From the NCBI GenBank assembly GCA_963667015.2, contig CAXXJJ010000004.1:2816001-2880000 (forward strand): a stretch of DNA of 64,000 nt, read 5' to 3'. The stretch comes from Desulfatiglandales bacterium (GTDB lineage Bacteria > Desulfobacterota > DSM-4660 > Desulfatiglandales > HGW-15). The position numbers were made by a program, and so were the translations under genes. The notes under the pieces are model-generated. The model did not search any database. It was not told where the DNA came from and worked only from the letters and a program-made list of their open reading frames with translations. This document shows, piece by piece, positions 58,030-64,000 of the stretch; the stretch's first letter is position 1, and every line of letters starts with the position of its first letter.

Positions 58030-60132
58030 GTGGCAAATAACAAATACGAAAAACTATTTTCACCTTATCATATAGGTAAGGTCCAATTAAAGAACAGGTT
58101 TGTAAAAACAGCAGCCCAGACATATTTCTTTGATTCAGGGGAAAATCGTGTCGGCGATATAGCAAAGGCATTCTATGGTGCTGTGGCAAAAGGCGGTGTT
58201 GGTCTTATTATAACTGAAACCCCTGCAATGGAATGGCCTCTCCTTGAAGACGGCGACCGCAGATTCAGGGTTGATAATGATAAATATATCCCGCAAATAA
58301 AAGAATTGACCGACCTGGTTCACAGCCATGGCGCTAAAATATTTACACAATTCTACCATCGCGGCCCATGGGGGGAGGTATATCAGTTCATAGCCCCAAG
58401 AATCGCTGCTTCTGAAGTACAATTTACATCGCCATATGATGTTCACGAAGAGACTCCCCCACATGCATTAACCGTTGAAGAGATAGAATGGTGGGTCGAT
58501 CATTTTGCTAGCTGCGCAGTACGTGTTCAGAAGGCCGGTTATGACGGGCTTGAAATAAATGCAGGTGCTGACCACCTTTTTCACTCTTTTATTTCCCGGT
58601 TCTGGAACAGGCGTGATGACGAATACGGCCCCCAGACAATGGAAAACAGGATGAGATTCGTTTTAAACGTTATCAAAGAGATCAAAAAACGCTGCGGTGA
58701 AGACTGGCCAGTACAGGTACTCATGAATGCCTATGAATTCGGTGCAGGCGAGCTTGGATTAACTGCAGAAGAAGGTATTCAGATTGCTAAAATGTATGAA
58801 GCAGCAGGTGTTGATTCACTTCATGTAAGAAACCATCTTCACGGACACCATCAGGGATCTTACCTTCACAATCTACTCTGGTATCCGGAACTTTGCATAC
58901 CCGAAGAGGAGTTGTGTGAGGAAATGGACTGGAGCAAACACGGTGACCTGATAAATGTACCGTCTGCTGCCAGGGTAAAAAAACATGTTACCAAACCGAC
59001 TATCATGGTTCCTTCAGGATTCACTGCTGACTATGCCGAAATGGTCCTCCAGAGGGGTGATGCTGACATAATAGGTTTTAACCGGCGTCTGTTTGCAGAT
59101 CCCATGTACCCGACCAAGATCAGGGAAGGCCGACCGGAAGACATTCAGCCATGTACCCATTGTTGTAATTGTGCAAAATTATACAATGAAGTGAGACAAT
59201 GCCGTATAAACTCCGCCTTCGGTACAACCAAATATGAAGTTGACAAAGCTGAGAAAAAGAAAAAGGTAATAGTTGTTGGTGGAGGACCTGCCGGAATGCA
59301 GACAGCCAGGGTCTGTGCCATGAGAGGCCACGATGTTACACTATATGAAATGGGGCATTATCTTGGCGGAAATATGAAAATGGCAGCAACAATAAAAGGC
59401 ACCACCCTTGAAGATATCCCCCAGATCATAGAATTCTTCAAGACCCAGCTTAAAAAATTGAACGTCAAAGTCAATATGGTTAAAAAACTTGACGCGGACA
59501 TGATTGTTAAAGAAAATCCGGATGCTGTGGTTGTAGCTGCTGGAGCAGTACCTACATATCCTGATGTTCCCGGACTCGACAGCCCCAATGTAGTTAAATC
59601 AACCGTCCTCTATAATATGCTGACAACAGCTCTCAGATTCTTCAGTCCAAAATTCTTACATGATTTCAGCAAATTCAGAATTCCTGCCGGTTGGAATCCA
59701 TTTAAAACCATCGGTAAAAGGGTTGTTGTAATTGGCGGCGCCATTCACGGGTGTCAGCTTGGTGAATTTATGGCCAAAAGAGGACGACAGGTTACTATTG
59801 TTGAACCCGATGAAGAGAATGTCGGAAGGCTTCTTACACCCGAATATAAAACCCGCCTCTTCCTGTGGTTCAAGAAAAAGGGCGTTACAATATACTCAGG
59901 TGCTAAGCTGGTAGGTATCAACAAGGAAGGTTTAAAGATAATTACCAAAGAGGGCGAGGAAAAAATGCTTCCGGCTGACAGCATTCTTCCTGTCGGATTT
60001 GGAGCAAATACCGAGCTGTATGAATCACTCAAGGGCAAGGTTCCTGAGCTTTATGCAATCGGTGACTGTGATGATCCTGCAATCATTCCTGAAGCAACCG
60101 GCTCCGGCTGGAGAATAGGAAATCAGATTTAG
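58030..60132 (+). CDS. NADH:flavin oxidoreductase (OYE TIM barrel + Fe-S + FAD domain; 2,4-dienoyl-CoA/enoate reductase-like)
   Basis: LKNRFV, GGVGLIIT, N.R.DEYG...ENR.RF, CTHCCNC...C, VVGGGPAG, IGD. Confidence 0.92.
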   Translation: MANNKYEKLFSPYHIGKVQLKNRFVKTAAQTYFFDSGENRVGDIAKAFYGAVAKGGVGLIITETPAMEWPLLEDGDRRFRVDNDKYIPQIKELTDLVHSHGAKIFTQFYHRGPWGEVYQFIAPRIAASEVQFTSPYDVHEETPPHALTVEEIEWWVDHFASCAVRVQKAGYDGLEINAGADHLFHSFISRFWNRRDDEYGPQTMENRMRFVLNVIKEIKKRCGEDWPVQVLMNAYEFGAGELGLTAEEGIQIAKMYEAAGVDSLHVRNHLHGHHQGSYLHNLLWYPELCIPEEELCEEMDWSKHGDLINVPSAARVKKHVTKPTIMVPSGFTADYAEMVLQRGDADIIGFNRRLFADPMYPTKIREGRPEDIQPCTHCCNCAKLYNEVRQCRINSAFGTTKYEVDKAEKKKKVIVVGGGPAGMQTARVCAMRGHDVTLYEMGHYLGGNMKMAATIKGTTLEDIPQIIEFFKTQLKKLNVKVNMVKKLDADMIVKENPDAVVVAAGAVPTYPDVPGLDSPNVVKSTVLYNMLTTALRFFSPKFLHDFSKFRIPAGWNPFKTIGKRVVVIGGAIHGCQLGEFMAKRGRQVTIVEPDEENVGRLLTPEYKTRLFLWFKKKGVTIYSGAKLVGINKEGLKIITKEGEEKMLPADSILPVGFGANTELYESLKGKVPELYAIGDCDDPAIIPEATGSGWRIGNQI

Positions 60133-60158
60133 GAACAATCATTAGTTAATTCTGATCC

Positions 60159-60191
60159 AAAGCCCCTGCAGTAAAAACTGCAGGGGCTTTT
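60159..60191. terminator. Bidirectional rho-independent terminator
   Basis: aaagcccctgcagt-aaaa-actgcaggggctttt. Confidence 0.88.
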
Positions 60192-60224
60192 TATTTAGCA
60201 GGGCCACCATCGGGTTTTTATATT

Positions 60225-61373
60225 TTAGAATATCTTACCCTGCCAAAGATCGTTGATAAACTCCTGATAAGGCAGAATCAGAATACCGTCATCTGTTATT
60301 CTTCTGAATGGTTCAAGACAGATAAGAATTCTCGGGATGTTTGAGCCAATTTCTTCCTTGAGCTGCCTTAACCCTTTTAAATGATCTGATTTGATTTTTT
60401 GTGTTGATTTAACCTCGATGGCGATGCTGAAATCATCAATAATAAAATCAACCTCTATCCCGCTCGCCAATCTCCAGTAACTAATATCTGCATATGATTC
60501 GGAATATGCATTATAGGTCTTCAATTCATGATATACCCAGTTTTCAAAGGCTTTTCCGAACAGTTCCGAACCGGATTCAAGATGACCGCGTTTGCTTAAA
60601 AAATTTACAACGCCGACATCGGAAAAATAAAACTTGGGAGCCTGAATCGTACGCCTTTTCAATCTTTTCCGGTATGCGGGGACAAAAGAAGCCAAAAGCG
60701 TGTCTTCAAGGATTTCGAAATAGGATTTGACTGTCTTGCTGGAAACACCGCAGTCTCTGGATATAGTAGAAAAATTGACTATTTCTCCGTCAGATAGAGC
60801 AGCAGATGTTAAAAAATCCGCAAAGGACGGCAGATTACGAACAATTCCTTCTGCTGCTATTTCTTCCTTAAGATAATCAGACACATAACTGTTTATCATT
60901 CGGCGAGGATTCTTCGCGAGATAATGCCTGGGTAGATAGCCGTGATTAAGCATTCGTTCCAATTCGAATGCATCGGAAATCTCCGAAGCGCTTAATCCAT
61001 AAAACTCATAGCGGATTGCCCTGCCGCCTAATAGATTGGCACCTTCTCGTTTTAATTTACGAGCACTCGAACCGCATATAGCGAAATGTACTTCTGCATT
61101 CTCAATTAGCCAATGAATTTCATCCAGTAATTCCGGAACTTTTTGAATCTCATCTATTACAACATGTGTAATTGTAGGATCAGCCTGTACTATTTCTCTC
61201 AATCGGTTTGGAGCCTGCATAAACATACGAAATTGATCTGATTTCAATAAATCGATCCATAACGACTCATTAAACAATGATTTAAGCAAAGTTGATTTGC
61301 CTGATTGACGAGGCCCCCAAAGGAAAAAGGATTCCTTGTTTTTCGCCTGTATGTTCAATTTTCTTTTAAACAT
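60225..61373 (-). CDS. AAA_14-type ATPase with DUF4143 / nuclease-like C-terminus
   Basis: GPRQSGKST, IDEIQK, GSS, LLGGRA, PKFYFSD.G, EVDF...AIEVKS. Confidence 0.9.
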   Translation of the reverse strand: MFKRKLNIQAKNKESFFLWGPRQSGKSTLLKSLFNESLWIDLLKSDQFRMFMQAPNRLREIVQADPTITHVVIDEIQKVPELLDEIHWLIENAEVHFAICGSSARKLKREGANLLGGRAIRYEFYGLSASEISDAFELERMLNHGYLPRHYLAKNPRRMINSYVSDYLKEEIAAEGIVRNLPSFADFLTSAALSDGEIVNFSTISRDCGVSSKTVKSYFEILEDTLLASFVPAYRKRLKRRTIQAPKFYFSDVGVVNFLSKRGHLESGSELFGKAFENWVYHELKTYNAYSESYADISYWRLASGIEVDFIIDDFSIAIEVKSTQKIKSDHLKGLRQLKEEIGSNIPRILICLEPFRRITDDGILILPYQEFINDLWQGKIF

Positions 61374-61500
61374 AATTTCATATTATCATGATATTTTGAA
61401 GTACAATGTTAAATATAAGCACATTTTAGAGAGAGGAAAATATTTTGTCAAGATTAATAAACCCATTAATTCAATGAGTTCCGCAAAAAGAGACGGAGTC

Positions 61501-62949
61501 CTATTTTCTCCAGTATTCAGGAGTGAGTAATACAAGTACTGTATAAATCTCAAGCCTTCCGAGCAGCATGCAGAAGATTAAAATCCATTTACCCGCCATT
61601 GGAATGCCCATGTAGTTGTCTATGGGACCTACTACACCCAGACCGGGCCCGACATTAAATATACAGGCCGCAACTGAGGAAAAGGAGGATACCATATCCA
61701 GGCCAAGCAGTGCCATAAATATGGAAGCGGTTACAAAAAGTAAAAGATAAAGGGTAAAAAAACCCCAGATACTGTTAAGTGTTTCCTGCGGTACAGGCCT
61801 GCCGCCAAGCTTGATTGTTGTAACCGCATGAGGATGGACAATCCTGAAAATCTCCTGATACCCGTGCTTTAAAAGCAGCATTACACGCATGGTCTTCAGG
61901 CCTCCGCCTGTGGAACCGGCCATACCGCCAAGGAACATGCATATCAGGAGAACAGAACATGAAACGGTCGGCCACAGTTCAAAATCAGCCGTGGCAAACC
62001 CTGTTGTCGTAATAATGGAACTGACCTGAAAGGATGCATACCTGAAGGCGCTTGAAACAGTATCATAAACGGTCCCATAGATATCAAAGGTAACAATTGC
62101 AGTAATAACCAGAAACAGTATCAGAAACACCCGGCATTCCGGATCTCGCCAGAACACTTTTGGGCCATCACTGATTACCTTGAAATGCAGTGAAAAATTG
62201 ATGCCGGCCACCATCATAAAAACAACGATTACCGCATCAAAATAGGCGCTGTCATAGAAGGCAATACTTGCATTTTTAGGTGAAAATCCGCCTGTGGGCA
62301 TTGTGCAGAAGGCATGATTAATCGAATCATATAAAGACATACCCCCCAGTAAAAGTAATATTATCTCGAACGCGGTAATTATAAGGTAGACTTTCCAGAG
62401 GGTTTTAGAGGTGTCCGATATCCTTGGCTTTAATTTATCAACAACCGGACTGGGTATCTCCGCCCTGTATAACTGCATTCCGCCAACACCAAGAAAAGGC
62501 AGGATTGCTATGGACAGGACTATTATTCCCATTCCGCCAAGCCACTGGGTAAGGCTTCGCCAGAGAAGCACACCCTCGGATACACCTTCAATATTTGGTA
62601 AAACAGTCGCCCCTGTTGTTGTAAAACCTGATACGGCTTCAAAATAGGCGCCTGTAAAGTCAGGAATTGCACCGGAAATCAAAAAAGGAATTGCGCCGGC
62701 CAGCCCTGCGGCCATCCAGCCAAAGGTTACAATTGCCACACCGTCTCTATGGCTCAGGTGAACACCCCGGTTTCTTTTTGTAAAAAGGAACATTAACAGG
62801 CCGATGCCGATTGTAAGAGCCATTGACCATAAAAGCGCAGAGGTACTTCCGTCTGCATAAAGGTATGACACACCAAGAGGAAGGGCCATTGAAACGCCCA
62901 GAAATATGACAAGTATACCTGTAAATCTGATAACAGTGTTGGGATTCAT
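61501..62949 (-). CDS. trkH: Trk potassium uptake membrane subunit
   Basis: FEAVSGFTTTGAT, QWLGGMG, TGGFS, GGMAGSTGGG.K, NVGPG, GRLEI. Confidence 0.97.
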   Translation of the reverse strand: MNPNTVIRFTGILVIFLGVSMALPLGVSYLYADGSTSALLWSMALTIGIGLLMFLFTKRNRGVHLSHRDGVAIVTFGWMAAGLAGAIPFLISGAIPDFTGAYFEAVSGFTTTGATVLPNIEGVSEGVLLWRSLTQWLGGMGIIVLSIAILPFLGVGGMQLYRAEIPSPVVDKLKPRISDTSKTLWKVYLIITAFEIILLLLGGMSLYDSINHAFCTMPTGGFSPKNASIAFYDSAYFDAVIVVFMMVAGINFSLHFKVISDGPKVFWRDPECRVFLILFLVITAIVTFDIYGTVYDTVSSAFRYASFQVSSIITTTGFATADFELWPTVSCSVLLICMFLGGMAGSTGGGLKTMRVMLLLKHGYQEIFRIVHPHAVTTIKLGGRPVPQETLNSIWGFFTLYLLLFVTASIFMALLGLDMVSSFSSVAACIFNVGPGLGVVGPIDNYMGIPMAGKWILIFCMLLGRLEIYTVLVLLTPEYWRK

Positions 62950-64000
62950 TAAAAATAGTCCAGCTTAACCGTAAGGAGTTTTTCCAGCTTGGGGATAACT
63001 TCTCTCAAGGCGAAAAAGATAAGCCTGTCTTTGCTATTTATCACTGTACTTCCGGTGGCTATTATTACTTCTTCCCCCCTAATGACAGCGCCTACAAGGG
63101 CGCCCTTGGGGAATTTTATCTTAGAGATAGGTTTGTCAACAATATCCGAGGTCTCCAGGGCCTCCACTTCAATAGCCTCGGCCTGCTCCCCTTTAAGGGG
63201 TGCAACCGATATGACCTTCCCCCTCCTGATATACTGGAGAATGGCCCTGACAGCCGACAGCCTGGGGCTAACAACAGTGTCTATACCGATTGCCGATACA
63301 AGAGGGATATAACTCAGTTTGCTGATTCGGGTTATGATCTTTTTAACACCCAGTTCCTTGGCCAGGAGAGACATAAGCACGTTATTTTCCTCATCACCGG
63401 TCAGGGCTACCATAAAGTCCATTCCGCCTATATTTTCCTCGAGCAGAAGGTCTTTGTCCGTCCCATCACCGTTGATTATAATTGCCTTTTCGAGTTTTTC
63501 TGCAAGGGCGGCGCATCGGAGGCTGTTCTTTTCTATTATTTTTGTATGGAGCTTTGTATCGTCCAGTGCCTCTCCCAGTACTGCCCCGGTCTCTCCACCT
63601 CCAACTATAATAACATTCCTGGCTGCCTTGTCATTGATTCCAAGAAAGCTGAAGACCCTGTTTATCTCATCCGACCTTATTACCATATAGATGAGGTCAC
63701 CTGACTGAATAGTATCGCTGCCATGGGGGATCATTACCTTCTCATCCCTTATTATGGCTCCAACAAGCAGGTTCCCGTTAAAATCACTGAATGTGCTTAA
63801 CTGCCGACCGGCCAGAGATGAGCCCTTTGTAATGGAAAATCCTATCAACTTGATCCTGCCTCCGACAAAATCAATAACGTCAGAAGCACCCGGCACCATC
63901 ATAAGGTTTCTAATGGTCTCAACCATGGCTGATTCGGGGTTGATTATCTGATCAACACCCAGAAGACTCTCACCGAAGAGTTCCTTTTCATCGAGATATT
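62949..64000 (-). CDS. trkA: Trk potassium uptake regulatory subunit (5' end outside window)
   Basis: RCK domains (IVGGGETG, GDGTD, DEEN); the frame stays open to the window edge. Confidence 0.93.
   Translation of the reverse strand, partial: YLDEKELFGESLLGVDQIINPESAMVETIRNLMMVPGASDVIDFVGGRIKLIGFSITKGSSLAGRQLSTFSDFNGNLLVGAIIRDEKVMIPHGSDTIQSGDLIYMVIRSDEINRVFSFLGINDKAARNVIIVGGGETGAVLGEALDDTKLHTKIIEKNSLRCAALAEKLEKAIIINGDGTDKDLLLEENIGGMDFMVALTGDEENNVLMSLLAKELGVKKIITRISKLSYIPLVSAIGIDTVVSPRLSAVRAILQYIRRGKVISVAPLKGEQAEAIEVEALETSDIVDKPISKIKFPKGALVGAVIRGEEVIIATGSTVINSKDRLIFFALREVIPKLEKLLTVKLDYF

Overview
64 kb of chromosome from an anaerobic bacterium, probably Desulfobacterota (inferred from the split F0-only atp operon, ahbB-hemL, pyrK-pyrD, two rex genes and a probable UGA-Sec gene). 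The left half (about 0-33 kb) holds housekeeping, signalling and transport genes, tRNA-Phe, a family of His-cupin-like proteins and a DUF1573-type gene with an in-frame UGA. The right half is dominated by a near-identical ~3.4 kb INVERTED duplication of a pyrogallol-phloroglucinol transhydroxylase-like molybdoenzyme operon (33779-37158 and 54313-57691); the second large subunit carries a 1-nt frameshift. The ~17 kb between the repeats contains two things. (i) An accessory/defence island: a ParB-methyltransferase split by a 150-bp MITE, a PIN toxin-antitoxin pair, a SIR2-NTPase-TPR + TIR + membrane protein cassette (best candidate for an undescribed anti-phage system) and a deletion scar of a type I R-M locus. 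(ii) Cyclase, SDR, cupin and acetoacetate-CoA ligase genes that, with the transhydroxylase and an adjacent OYE reductase, look like an anaerobic trihydroxybenzene (phloroglucinol) degradation cluster. All family calls come from motif recognition by eye; no database searches were run.
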